A stretch of DNA of 64,000 nt from a bacterium UBP14_UBA6098 (GCA_002428525.1 DIWU01000020.1:4907-68906); one strand, 5' to 3'. Shown: positions 44,108 to 54,002, counted from the stretch's first letter. Program-made: numbers and translations. The notes: generated by a model not told the origin, from the sequence alone.

Positions 44108-46777
44108 TTACTTCGCTTGCTCCGGCCAGCCCTCCGGCGCGAGGAGGACGGTTACCGGGTTGTTCAAGAACTTATTCGCGAAGGCGACTATCTCCTCTTT
44201 CGTCACCTTGTCGATATTCTCTAAGTATTGATAGTCATATTCGAAGCCGAGACCGTAAAGCTCGTCGAGAGCGGCGGAGAAGACATGGTTCTCCTGTTCC
44301 TGCCGTCCGCGATAGAAGCCCTCGCGGATCGCCGCGCGGGCGCGTTCGAGCTCGGGGGCGTCGAAATCGCCGGATTTCACGCGCTCAATCTCGTGGAGTA
44401 TTACGGCCTTGACCGAATCGTAGTTATCGGGGCTTGTTTGAGTCATGACATAGAATGTCCCACCCTCGGGGCCGAGGAAATTGCTCCCGAAAACCAAATA
44501 AACAAGGTCGCGGACCCCGCGAAGCTCTTCGTGGAGACGCCCCTTCATGCCGGACAGAAAGCCCTGCATAACGGCGAGGGCGTAGCGTTCCTCCTCGTAG
44601 ATACTCGGCGCGGGATAGCCGATTATGAGCGTCACCTGTCCGCGAGTGGTCTCTTTGATATGGGTTTCCGGCGCGGTTCTGGCGGCGATCGGGGCAGGTT
44701 TTTGGAATTTGACCTCGCTCGAGGGCCGCTTTCCGAAGTATTTCTCGACGATCTCGAAGATCTGCTCTGTGGGCATCGGCCCGGAGACGCCAATCACGCA
44801 ATTGGAGGGCTGAATATAAGCCCTGTGAAAATCGATTATATCCTGTCGGGTAATCGATTCGAGGGTCTCGAAGGTTCCCGAGGGGTTGTTCGAGTAGGGA
44901 TGGTCTTGGAAAAAGACCTTGCGGAAATAGTAAAAGGCGTCGCTCGACCAATCGTCGGCCTCGGCTTGGAGGTTTCTAAACTTACGCTCTTTTAGGCGCG
45001 GCAGGGATTCCTTGGGGAAGGTCGGTTCGAAGGCGATCTTCGCGAGCAGTTCCATTCCGGCCTGAAGGTCCATCGGCAGAAAGGTGCCTTCGAGCGATAT
45101 CGAGTTGTTTCCCCCGCCGGTTTCGACATCGTAGCCGTTCCATTCGATATACTCGCTGAGTTTTTCGCGTGTCGGGAAGCCCTTGACCCCTTCGAGGAAA
45201 TAGTCCGCGAGCAGATTCGTGATTCCAATCTTGTCGGCGGTTTCATAACGAAGGCCGGCGTTGAAGAATATCTTGATGTCGAAATGGGGGACACTGTTGT
45301 TCTCCGCGGCAACTACAGTGAGGCCGTTTTTCAGGACTCGCTTCTCGAAGTCGATCTTCCCGACGCCCTTCACCGCGAATTCTTGCTCGACGCCCTCCGA
45401 TTTTGGTTTAACGACAACGACATTCATCGTCCACGGGACGAGAAACTCCTCTGCGGCGAGCCTGATATCGTCGAGTTGGATATCCATATAGCGCGGAACG
45501 AGGAAATCGAGCGCGGTCGGGCGGTTGTAGGTCATTTGGTTGAACATCATGGAGCTTGTCTGGTCATCGACGGTTTCGTTCTCGAACATCAGACTTTTCA
45601 CGAGCAGTTTCTTTTGGCGTTCGAGTTCGCCCTTCTCGATGCCCTTAGATCTAACCTTTTGAACCTCTTCGTCAATGATATTAAGGATTCTGTCGCGGTT
45701 CGGATACTCGAAATTATCGACAATGATCATAAAAAGCGGTGGTTGTGAGGAGGGGTTGTAGTGAACGGCGTTGATCGATGTGCAGAGCTTTTCCTCGATG
45801 ATCAAGCGCTTATAGAGCCTGCTTGTTCCGCCGCCGGCGAGGACATCGGTTAAAAGGTCGAGGGCGTAGGCCTCGTCGGTGCCTCTTTCCGCGCCGCGCC
45901 AAGCTATGCGCATATTGGAGGTTTGAACCGAAGCCTCGGCCTCGGCGTAACGGGCGGACATCTGAGGCGGCTCTTCCGGAATCACCGGTAGTGTATGAAC
46001 TTTGCGTTCCCATCCGCCGAACGCGCTGTCAACATAAGCGCGAGCCTCCTCGAAACTAATATCCCCGGCGATTGCGAGGACGGAGTTATCTGGAGAGTAA
46101 TTTGAGTTGTAATATTCGATCAGGTCTTCGCGCGAGATATCGAGGAAATTCTCGATGTATCCGATGATCGGGTATCTGACGGGGTGGATTTGAAAGGCGG
46201 TTCGATAGAGAAGGTCGGACATCACGCGCGGAGGCTCTTCGAGGCCTTTGTAAATCTCCTGCGTAATCACGCCCTTTTCGCGGGCAAGCTCTTTCTCGTC
46301 GAAGGCGCACTCCGAGACCCAGTCGGCGAGGGTTTGTAGCTGTCCGGGGAATTCTCTGCTGGGGCCGGTTATATAATAACAGGTAATCGCGTAACTTGTG
46401 TAGGCGTTCGAGGTCGCGCCGATACCGGCTAAGTAGTCATTGCATTCGGTTTCGGTCCTTTGTGAGGTTGTTCCGCCGGCGACCACATGTTCGAGGTTGT
46501 GGCTAATCCCGGCCCCGAGGAATTTGCCCTCATACTGGCTTCCGGTCTTCACGCCGACGCGGAGGCTGACCACCGGCGTAAGGTGATTTTCCCAAAACAG
46601 GACGACAAGGCCGTTGTCGAGGGTCCACATACGAACCGGCGGGTATTTGATCATATCGCTTGCAGAGCGGGTTCGGAAGATTTCCGGTTCCTGTGAAAAG
46701 GTGAAAACCTTGCCGGCCCCGAAAAGCGGAAAGGCAAGGATAGCTATCGTGATTGCGAGTGCGAAAAGTCTTTTCAT
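44108..46777 (-). CDS. M16-family (pitrilysin/insulinase-like) zinc peptidase, double-length
   Basis: 889 aa with a signal peptide, the inverted zinc motif HNLEH followed by the E of the GAxxNAYTS region, and a second M16-like half. Confidence 0.9.
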   Translation of the reverse strand: MKRLFALAITIAILAFPLFGAGKVFTFSQEPEIFRTRSASDMIKYPPVRMWTLDNGLVVLFWENHLTPVVSLRVGVKTGSQYEGKFLGAGISHNLEHVVAGGTTSQRTETECNDYLAGIGATSNAYTSYAITCYYITGPSREFPGQLQTLADWVSECAFDEKELAREKGVITQEIYKGLEEPPRVMSDLLYRTAFQIHPVRYPIIGYIENFLDISREDLIEYYNSNYSPDNSVLAIAGDISFEEARAYVDSAFGGWERKVHTLPVIPEEPPQMSARYAEAEASVQTSNMRIAWRGAERGTDEAYALDLLTDVLAGGGTSRLYKRLIIEEKLCTSINAVHYNPSSQPPLFMIIVDNFEYPNRDRILNIIDEEVQKVRSKGIEKGELERQKKLLVKSLMFENETVDDQTSSMMFNQMTYNRPTALDFLVPRYMDIQLDDIRLAAEEFLVPWTMNVVVVKPKSEGVEQEFAVKGVGKIDFEKRVLKNGLTVVAAENNSVPHFDIKIFFNAGLRYETADKIGITNLLADYFLEGVKGFPTREKLSEYIEWNGYDVETGGGNNSISLEGTFLPMDLQAGMELLAKIAFEPTFPKESLPRLKERKFRNLQAEADDWSSDAFYYFRKVFFQDHPYSNNPSGTFETLESITRQDIIDFHRAYIQPSNCVIGVSGPMPTEQIFEIVEKYFGKRPSSEVKFQKPAPIAARTAPETHIKETTRGQVTLIIGYPAPSIYEEERYALAVMQGFLSGMKGRLHEELRGVRDLVYLVFGSNFLGPEGGTFYVMTQTSPDNYDSVKAVILHEIERVKSGDFDAPELERARAAIREGFYRGRQEQENHVFSAALDELYGLGFEYDYQYLENIDKVTKEEIVAFANKFLNNPVTVLLAPEGWPEQAK

Positions 46778-46976
46778 CGATTCTCCTTATCGTTGTTGAA
46801 TAATCTGCTTATTATAATAAAGCGAAAACATATTTCAAGATATGTAAACAAAATGTAATTTCAATAGAAAAATGACCATGCGGTCATATTTTTAAAATAT
46901 GTCGAAAATATTTGATTTGATTTTAGCGGAGTTGAGCATATATTGAAAAATTAACCGATATTCAAATGGAGTATGT

Positions 46977-48326
46977 ATGGCCAAGAATGATAACAAGATA
47001 ATGAACGAGATAGTCGCGCTGTGCAAGCGGCGCGGGTTCATTTTTCAATCCAGCGAGGTTTACGGCGGCGTGGCCAGCACCTACGACTACGGCCCGCTCG
47101 GTGTCGAGCTGAAGCGCAATCTGAAGGATATATGGTGGCGCTCCATGGTTCAGCTTCGCTCGGATATCGAGGGCCTCGACGCCGCGATCATTATGCACCC
47201 CAAGGTTTGGCAGGCCAGCGGCCATATAGACGAATTTGTCGATCCGCTTATCGAATGCCGCGAATGTCATCGCCGCTTCAAGGCAGACGATTTGACCTCG
47301 AAAGAACAGTGCCCTGTTTGCGGGGCGAAGAATAGCTTCACCGAGCCGAAGCTGTTCCATCTCATGTTCCAAACCTATATGGGGCCGGTGCTTTCCGAGG
47401 AGAATATCGCATACCTTCGCCCCGAGACGGCGCAGGGCATCTATGTCAACTTCGAGAATGTCCGCACTCCGGCGCGGCAGAAGGTGCCGTTCGGCATCGC
47501 GCAGATCGGGAAGGCGTTTAGAAATGAGATCACACCCGGCAATTTCACCTTCCGCACGCGCGAGTTCGAGCAGATGGAGATGCAGTATTTCGTCCATCCG
47601 AGCGAGGCGGATAAATGGTTTGCTTATTGGAAAGAGCAGAGGCAAAACTGGTATCGCGAGCTTGGGTTCTCGATGGAGAACCTCCATTTCCACGATCACG
47701 AGAAGCTCGCGCATTACGCCCGTTCCGCGGTGGATATCGAATACGACTTCCCCTTCGGCAGGAGCGAGCTCGAGGGGATCCATAATCGCGGCGATTTCGA
47801 CCTTACACGCCATCAGGAATTCTCCGGTAAAAGCTTCGAGTATTTCGATCAGGAGAAAAACGAGCGGTTTATTCCTTATATTATTGAAACCTCCGGCGGG
47901 ATTGACCGTTGCCTGCTCGCGCTCTTAGTCGATGGCTATCAGGAGGAGATCGACAAGGACGACCCCAAGCAAACGAGGGTTGTCTTGAAACTTCATCCTC
48001 GGTTGGCGCCGATCAAGGTCGGTATCTTCCCGCTGGTCAATCGGGATGGCATGCCCGAGATTGCGAGGGAGATCGAGACCGAGCTTCGGAGGAATTTCAT
48101 GGTCTTCTACGACGACGGCGGATCGATAGGTAGGCGCTATCGCCGTCAGGACGAGGCTGGAACGCCTTTCTGCGTGACGATAGACGGCCAAACCATCGAG
48201 GATGGAACGGTGACAATCCGCGAACGGGATACTATGGTGCAGGTTCGCATCGGGATCGACGAGATCGCACAGACTGTTGCGCGCTACACCGAAGATTGGC
48301 GAAGGGACAAAGGGCTCGATATTTAG
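46977..48326 (+). CDS. glyQS: Glycine--tRNA ligase (homodimeric type)
   Basis: 449 aa. The N-terminus IVALCKRRGFIFQSSEVYGGVASTYDYGPLGVELKRNLKDIWW is a typical GlyQS start, followed by FRNEITPGNFTFRTREFEQME (motif 2). Confidence 0.95.
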   Translation: MAKNDNKIMNEIVALCKRRGFIFQSSEVYGGVASTYDYGPLGVELKRNLKDIWWRSMVQLRSDIEGLDAAIIMHPKVWQASGHIDEFVDPLIECRECHRRFKADDLTSKEQCPVCGAKNSFTEPKLFHLMFQTYMGPVLSEENIAYLRPETAQGIYVNFENVRTPARQKVPFGIAQIGKAFRNEITPGNFTFRTREFEQMEMQYFVHPSEADKWFAYWKEQRQNWYRELGFSMENLHFHDHEKLAHYARSAVDIEYDFPFGRSELEGIHNRGDFDLTRHQEFSGKSFEYFDQEKNERFIPYIIETSGGIDRCLLALLVDGYQEEIDKDDPKQTRVVLKLHPRLAPIKVGIFPLVNRDGMPEIAREIETELRRNFMVFYDDGGSIGRRYRRQDEAGTPFCVTIDGQTIEDGTVTIRERDTMVQVRIGIDEIAQTVARYTEDWRRDKGLDI

Positions 48327-48338
48327 GGGGAGGGCTTT

Positions 48339-48599
48339 ATGCTTTCTTGGGCTTTCTTTATAATTGTGCTCGATATCATACTTGCTCTTCTTCTGCTTCA
48401 ATGCAGATGTCTCAATGCGACTACTATCGTCGCGCTCGCGGGTTTTGGCGTTGCCGGAATAGGCATTATCGTGCAAACCCTCTCCAAGATCAAGGCGGGG
48501 ACTCGCGAGAAAATGGCGCAGGAACTCCGGCAACTTAGGAACGAGAATAAAGAGCTACTTCAACGGTTGGCGGAGAATTCCAAAGGCGGGGACTCTTGA
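48339..48599 (+). CDS. Small membrane protein, hypothetical
   Basis: 86 aa with two hydrophobic helices and then a charged helix. No family recognised. Confidence 0.4.
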   Translation: MLSWAFFIIVLDIILALLLLQCRCLNATTIVALAGFGVAGIGIIVQTLSKIKAGTREKMAQELRQLRNENKELLQRLAENSKGGDS

Positions 48600-48680
48600 G
48601 GTTTCTGCGGATAAGTCGAGGGTGCTCGTCATATATATGCGAACAAACGCTAATTTAGCGCGAACCATCGAGGCTGAGAC

Positions 48681-50456
48681 TTGAGCGCATCGCAACGACG
48701 AAAAGAGATCGAGAAGGGCTTGGACATCTTCATGATGTTCATCGCCTTTTTGGCGGTAGTCTCACTTATCGGCAAGGGTGGGCTCGGCCCGCATTGGCGG
48801 CCGTTTTTCGGTGCAGTCGATGTTTTCATCATCGTCTGTTTCGTCGGGAACTCGGTTTTCCGCGTGTTTCTCGCCCCGAACCGCTGGAAATACATCAAGG
48901 ACCATCCATTTCAATATGCCCTGATCGGGCTTTTTGTATCCCAAATCTTCATCGTTCAACTGGTTCTCACCGATGCGAGCTATCGGTATCTGCTAAATCA
49001 GCTCTCGCTGATCGGACTCACGAAGATATATATCGTTCTAATGCAGATATTTATCCTTGTCGAGCTTGTGGCCGAGCTCGGTCGGTTGAACTCCAAGCTG
49101 GCGCGGCTACCTCTTCCGCCGGCGACAATTTTTGTTGTAAGCTTTTTAATATTGATACTCAGCGGTGCCGTTCTCCTTCTGCTTCCGGGGGCGACGCGAG
49201 TTGGAGGGATCAAGCTAATCGACGCCCTATTCACCGCGACCTCGGCGACCTGTGTTACCGGCCTGATAGTTGTGCCGACCGGCGAGCTTTTCACGCGCTT
49301 CGGCCAAACGGTGATTTTAACCTTGATCCAGTTCGGTGGGCTCGGCCTTATGACCTTCGCCACATTTTTCGCGCTGGTTTTCCGCAATGAATTCGGGCTT
49401 CGTGAGAAAATGCTTCTTGGCGATGTCCTTAATGTCAATGTTTTCGGTAGGATAAAGTCTCTATTAGCGGCGATTGTCGGGATTACCCTCTTTACCGAGG
49501 CGGTTGGCGCTTTTTTGCTGTATATCTTCGGCGGCCCCTATGAATCGGCGATGGATTCGCGTTTGTGGTGGTCGATCTTCCACTCGGTTAGCGCTTTCTG
49601 CAACGCCGGTTTTTCGCTTTGGAACGACAATATAGCTCGTTTTATGTCGGATTGGAGGATGTCGCTGACCTTTGCCGGCCTGATTATTCTTGGCGGCTTA
49701 GGTTTTGTCGTCTTGACCGATATCGGCAGATATATCCTCAGCCCCTTGAAATTTAAAACCCGCAAGATACCGCATTTCCAGCTTCAAACGAAGGTAGTCG
49801 TCACGACTACATTCTTTCTGATCGGCTTCGGAATGATACTGCTCCTCGTCGCGGATCGCACCTATCTTATGAGCCGCGGGACATGGCAGGAGAATCTTTT
49901 AGCCGCCTTTTTCCAGTCCGTGACGGCCAGAACCGCAGGATTCAATACCGTCGATATCGCGGCCTTTGCCCCGGGAGCGCTTTTTGCGCTTATCATCTTG
50001 ATGTTCATCGGTGCCTCGCCGGGATCGACGGGCGGTGGAATCAAAACGACTACGATAGCGGTGATATTCGGCGCGATTCGAAGCAAGCTTCGCGGTCAGG
50101 ATCGAGCGAACTTCTTCAACCGCAACCTTCCGAAGGATATTATTAGCTCCGCGGCAATGATCATTGTTCTTGCCGGCACGGTTGTCGCAGTGGGCACATT
50201 TCTGATCTGCACTATCGAGCTTAAGAGCCACCCCGAATGGAGATTTATCGATATCTTCTTCGAGGTAGTCAGCGCTTTCGGAACTGTGGGTTTATCCACT
50301 GGTCCGACCTTCTCACTTTCAACTGCGAGCAAGGCTATCCTAATATTAATTATGCTTTTAGGAAGGGTTGGCCCGTTGACTTTCCTGTTCTCTGTATCGA
50401 GGCACAACAAAGCTCAGCGAATGGAGAATCTCGAAGAGAGCATGATGATCGGATAA
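48681..50456 (+). CDS. trkH: TrkH/KtrB-family potassium transporter with an extra N-terminal 4-helix membrane module
   Basis: 591 aa. The core has repeated selectivity-filter-like loops (TATSATCVTGL, SAFCNAGFS, VTARTAGFN, SAFGTVGLS). About 135 aa precede the usual start (..LPPATIFVVSFLILILSGAVLLLLPGAT). TTG start, exact start uncertain. Confidence 0.85.
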   Translation: MSASQRRKEIEKGLDIFMMFIAFLAVVSLIGKGGLGPHWRPFFGAVDVFIIVCFVGNSVFRVFLAPNRWKYIKDHPFQYALIGLFVSQIFIVQLVLTDASYRYLLNQLSLIGLTKIYIVLMQIFILVELVAELGRLNSKLARLPLPPATIFVVSFLILILSGAVLLLLPGATRVGGIKLIDALFTATSATCVTGLIVVPTGELFTRFGQTVILTLIQFGGLGLMTFATFFALVFRNEFGLREKMLLGDVLNVNVFGRIKSLLAAIVGITLFTEAVGAFLLYIFGGPYESAMDSRLWWSIFHSVSAFCNAGFSLWNDNIARFMSDWRMSLTFAGLIILGGLGFVVLTDIGRYILSPLKFKTRKIPHFQLQTKVVVTTTFFLIGFGMILLLVADRTYLMSRGTWQENLLAAFFQSVTARTAGFNTVDIAAFAPGALFALIILMFIGASPGSTGGGIKTTTIAVIFGAIRSKLRGQDRANFFNRNLPKDIISSAAMIIVLAGTVVAVGTFLICTIELKSHPEWRFIDIFFEVVSAFGTVGLSTGPTFSLSTASKAILILIMLLGRVGPLTFLFSVSRHNKAQRMENLEESMMIG

Positions 50457-50479
50457 AGGCCTCACTGAATGGGAGAAAG

Positions 50480-51148
50480 ATGAAAAAAATAATTATTATA
50501 GGTGCAGGCAGGTTCGGTTATGCCACCGCGAACCGCCTTTCGGAGTTGGGCTCTCATGTGACGGTTATCGACACCGACGAAAAAAGGCTTCATACCCTGA
50601 CCAGCCTCGTCGCGGAGACGCTCGTCATGGATGCTATCGACAAGGAAGCCCTCGGGGCAAAACTTGAGGGGCAGGGCTATTCTGCCGGTGTTGTCGCGAT
50701 CGGCGATAATTTTTCGTCTGTCCTCTTAGTTTGCCTTTATATGCGCCAGTTCGGAATCCCCTTCGTCGTGGCGCGCGCCTCGAACCCAAAACAGGCGCGG
50801 ATATTGAACAAGATCGGAGTCGATCTCGTCGTCACACCGGAGGACGAGATGGGGCACCACTTAGCCGAAGAGCTTATTTTGTCGGATTCAGAGCAGATCG
50901 ACCTTTCCTTCAATTTCTCGATAATCAGAGTCCTTGCGCCGGAGGGTTTCATCGACAAATCCATCGGTGAACTGGATGTCTCCGGCAAGGGTTTCAACCT
51001 GCTTTTCGTGGCGCGGCGCTATGTAAAACAAGGCTTCGTTAAGATGGCGCTTCCCGAGGAGACGGATTTCAAGATTGCAAAAGACGATTATCTTGTCTTC
51101 GCCGGCGATACGCGCCGAATAGCGGCCTTTGTGGAGTCGGCGCGTTGA
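50480..51148 (+). CDS. trkA: TrkA/KtrA potassium-uptake regulatory subunit (RCK domain)
   Basis: The start was moved to the ATG at 50480 (RBS GGGAGAAAG). The Rossmann motif is KKIIIIGAGRFGYATANRL, followed by a TrkA_C-like C-terminus. Confidence 0.85.
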   Translation: MKKIIIIGAGRFGYATANRLSELGSHVTVIDTDEKRLHTLTSLVAETLVMDAIDKEALGAKLEGQGYSAGVVAIGDNFSSVLLVCLYMRQFGIPFVVARASNPKQARILNKIGVDLVVTPEDEMGHHLAEELILSDSEQIDLSFNFSIIRVLAPEGFIDKSIGELDVSGKGFNLLFVARRYVKQGFVKMALPEETDFKIAKDDYLVFAGDTRRIAAFVESAR

Positions 51149-52563
51149 TCGCGGTAGATGCCCAAAGCTGTTGTGCTTGCGGCGGATGCGTCCCCGCTTG
51201 TCCCGTAGGATCGATCCATATCATAGTAAACAATAGGGCCGTTATCGCCGAGAGCTGTGTCGGTTGCGGCAAATGTATCCCATTCTGCCCGCACGGCGCG
51301 CTTCATTTTCCCGAGGAAAAGGGCGACCGGCAGAAGCCCATCCAACGGTGGTTTCGCCCGCCCGACTCGGAATACGATATCGTTGTGGTCGGGGGAGGCC
51401 CCGCAGGATCGACCGCCGCGCGCTTCGCCGCCGAGCAAGGCGCAAAGGTTTTGCTTGTGGAGAAGCGCCCGATAGTCGGAACCCCACAGCTTTGCGCCGA
51501 GGGAGTCAGCCATTCCGGCCTCGCCGATGTCATCCCCGAGATTCGCGAAAAATGGATTGCCGCCCCGATAATCGGCGCTATTCTCGTTTCTCCCGAGGGC
51601 AGAAAAACCACTGTTCAGCACCCAAAGGCCGGATATATACTCGAAAGGCGCGTTTTCGACCGCGATCTTTTCTCAATGGCCGCGAAGGCCGGCGCGAGAA
51701 CCTTGATCGCGGCCGAGGCCATAGATTTCATCAAGACCGACGACCACATCGTCGGTGTCACTATGCTTTGCCGCGGCCAAAGCTACGAAATTTTGTGCAA
51801 AGCTATTATCTGCGCCGACGGCGTCGAGTCCGGAATGCTGTCGCGGCTTTTTCCGAAAGAGCATCTCGCGACTGATCAGATTCATGTCGCATCGCAAGTA
51901 GTTATGAGCGGTGTCGAGGTTCGCCCGGGGTTTCCGGAGTTTCATATCGGCCGAAACCTCGCGCCGGGCGGTTATGCATGGGTTTTCCCGAAGGGCGAGG
52001 CCTTTGCCAATGTCGGCCTCGGGCTGAACCCCTCGATCGGTTCCGGCGAAAGCTCGTGGGATTTGCTCGAACGCTTTGTCGAGCGCAGGTTTGCCGGCGA
52101 GGGCGAGATTATCGAGGTGGCCAGCGGGAATGTCCCGACGGCGAAGCGGTTCAGCAAGATAGTCTATCGGAATGTCCTATTCATCGGCGATGCGGGCCGC
52201 CTATCCGACCCTGTCTCCGGAGGCGGGATTGCCTCCGCGCTCCTTTCTGGGCGGATCGCCGGCCAACTCGCCTCGGAAGCGGTCAGGGCAGGCACACCCG
52301 AAAAAACGGAGATCTTTCTGAGCCGTTTCACCGACCTTTGGGATAAACTAAAAGGCAGGCAATTTGCCTTCTATTGGAAGGCAAAGACTATCTTCGCCGC
52401 CTTGGATGACGACGATCTCGAGGCAATCTGCAGGGTCATCGAAGACCGTTTCGGCCACGGAGTATTCGAAAGTATAGATATCCCGGGGGCTATCAAATCG
52501 ATAATCCGCGAACGCAAGCTCTTTTGGAAGGTCGCGAAAGGCCTTTACCCAAAGGGGATTTAG
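51145..52563 (+). CDS. Geranylgeranyl reductase family flavoprotein fused to an N-terminal 2x[4Fe-4S] ferredoxin domain
   Basis: Two CxxCxxCxxxCP motifs (CCACGGCVPACP, CVGCGKCIPFCP) are followed by the FAD fold YDIVVVGGGPAGSTAARFAAEQGAKVLLVEKR and GGR-like blocks (LCAEGV.., FIGDAGRLSDPVSGGGI). The TTG start overlaps the trkA stop. Confidence 0.85.
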   Translation: MIAVDAQSCCACGGCVPACPVGSIHIIVNNRAVIAESCVGCGKCIPFCPHGALHFPEEKGDRQKPIQRWFRPPDSEYDIVVVGGGPAGSTAARFAAEQGAKVLLVEKRPIVGTPQLCAEGVSHSGLADVIPEIREKWIAAPIIGAILVSPEGRKTTVQHPKAGYILERRVFDRDLFSMAAKAGARTLIAAEAIDFIKTDDHIVGVTMLCRGQSYEILCKAIICADGVESGMLSRLFPKEHLATDQIHVASQVVMSGVEVRPGFPEFHIGRNLAPGGYAWVFPKGEAFANVGLGLNPSIGSGESSWDLLERFVERRFAGEGEIIEVASGNVPTAKRFSKIVYRNVLFIGDAGRLSDPVSGGGIASALLSGRIAGQLASEAVRAGTPEKTEIFLSRFTDLWDKLKGRQFAFYWKAKTIFAALDDDDLEAICRVIEDRFGHGVFESIDIPGAIKSIIRERKLFWKVAKGLYPKGI

Positions 52564-52839
52564 CTATTCGGCGGAACCCCCGAGCCTATTGGCTCTGACA
52601 GCTATTCTCGACTTGAGCCTCGCGCTTGTTTTCTTATGAATACCGCCCTTTTTGGCGGCCTTATCCAAAACGCTATAGGCGTGGGGCAAAGCCTCGACGG
52701 CCGGACCTTCCTCCGAGATAGAGCGAACTTGCCGCATCATATCGCGGACATAGCCTCTCATTAGACGGTTATGCGCTCGTTTTCTCTTGTCTTGCCTGAC
52801 GCGTTTTTCCGCGGATTTGTCAACTTGTGTGTTGGGCAC
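52564..52839 (-). CDS. rpsT: 30S ribosomal protein S20
   Basis: 91 aa, basic. SAEKRVRQDKRKRAHNRLMR.. is typical of bS20. Confidence 0.9.
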   Translation of the reverse strand: MPNTQVDKSAEKRVRQDKRKRAHNRLMRGYVRDMMRQVRSISEEGPAVEALPHAYSVLDKAAKKGGIHKKTSARLKSRIAVRANRLGGSAE

Positions 52840-52848
52840 TGATTCTCC

Positions 52849-53223
52849 TTATTCTTCGTTTTTCTTTTGTTTTGCATTCATGGCCTTTCCCGCGATCTCG
52901 CCGAGTTTCTCGACGGTCAGCGGAATAGCCTTCGCGAAATTACCAATTTTATCCGGTTTAACCGGCAGAAGATTAACCTCATTATCATGAATGACGAGGA
53001 AAGCGATAGGCTCGACTGTGAAGCCGCCGCCACCGCCCCCGCCGGAATTCTCGCCTTTGTCGCCCTTCATCTCCGAGCCGCCGGCGCCGAAGCCGACGCT
53101 GACCTTGCAGATCGGAACTACCGTATTTCCACCCAACTCGATCGGGTCGCCGATGATCGTTTTGGCCTTCGCGACCGTCTCGACATTCTTCAAAATCACC
53201 TGCAATACTTCTTCAGCAAGCAT
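52849..53223 (-). CDS. GerW/YtfJ-family protein
   Basis: ATG at 53223 with an AGGAGG RBS. TIIGDPIELGGNTVVPICKVSVGFGAGGSE..GGGGGGGFTVEPIAFLVI matches the YtfJ/GerW pattern. Confidence 0.8.
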   Translation of the reverse strand: MLAEEVLQVILKNVETVAKAKTIIGDPIELGGNTVVPICKVSVGFGAGGSEMKGDKGENSGGGGGGGFTVEPIAFLVIHDNEVNLLPVKPDKIGNFAKAIPLTVEKLGEIAGKAMNAKQKKNEE

Positions 53224-53251
53224 GCTTCCTCCTTTTGGGAACATCGCCGGA

Positions 53252-53926
53252 CTAAGCCGGCTGAAACTTTTTATATTCGCAATACGCTCGATATATCTCG
53301 AGCTTCGGCAAACGCCACAACGCCTTCGCGAGCGGGGCTAAAATCAATTTAAATATACAATTCTTAAACATAAAATGCAAATCGAATTTCCACTCGGCAT
53401 TCGGAGAGAAATTATACCCGATTTCGAGCCTATCGAGGTATTTAACAGTTGCTTTTAATGAACATAACCAACCATAAAGCATGCCAGCGAGCGCAGGGTC
53501 TTCGTCGCCGCAGATACATAGGTTTGCAGTCTCGATTTTGAAATTAAAACTCGAAAGAACCTCGTAAATCAACCTCGCTGAGATTGATATGCACTTCGTG
53601 AAAAGTTGTCTCTTTCCAAACCACCACTTAAGAGGCGGTGTCGATTTCTTTTCACCCTTCGATTCGGGCGCGACCTTATCTTGTTTTTTATCAACAACTT
53701 GAGGTTCGTTCCGCTTGAACTCGAACCACAGGAAACCGCTTCTTCGTTGCCCCTTTGTGATATTCCGCCAATATCCAATATATTTTATTTCAATGAGATA
53801 CCCATCATTATTTAATGTCGCGTATAATCTAAGAGGCGAAAATGTAATGATAGATATCAAGATAATAAAAAGAGCTACCAATGCGAGTAGTATATAAAGA
53901 ACGACCGACATCCTATTTCCCGACAC
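53252..53926 (-). CDS. Membrane-anchored hypothetical protein, YtfI/DUF2953-like by context
   Basis: 224 aa with an N-terminal TM helix, immediately upstream of the YtfJ-like gene as in the Bacillus ytfI-ytfJ pair. Sequence-level assignment is tentative. Confidence 0.55.
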   Translation of the reverse strand: MSGNRMSVVLYILLALVALFIILISIITFSPLRLYATLNNDGYLIEIKYIGYWRNITKGQRRSGFLWFEFKRNEPQVVDKKQDKVAPESKGEKKSTPPLKWWFGKRQLFTKCISISARLIYEVLSSFNFKIETANLCICGDEDPALAGMLYGWLCSLKATVKYLDRLEIGYNFSPNAEWKFDLHFMFKNCIFKLILAPLAKALWRLPKLEIYRAYCEYKKFQPA

Positions 53927-54002
53927 AGGCGATTATTATATCGATTGTAATCGTTTTGTCAATAATTGATTTCTTCCGCTTGTAATTTAGTATTTTATAA
54001 TC

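Noticed and set aside
46867-46894. Hairpin aaaaatgacc-atgc-ggtcatattttt that looks like a bidirectional terminator
   Set aside because: It lies between divergently transcribed genes (the M16 peptidase starting at 46777 on the minus strand and glyQS starting at 46977 on the + strand). There is no transcript for it to terminate. It may be an operator-type palindrome, but I have no further support.
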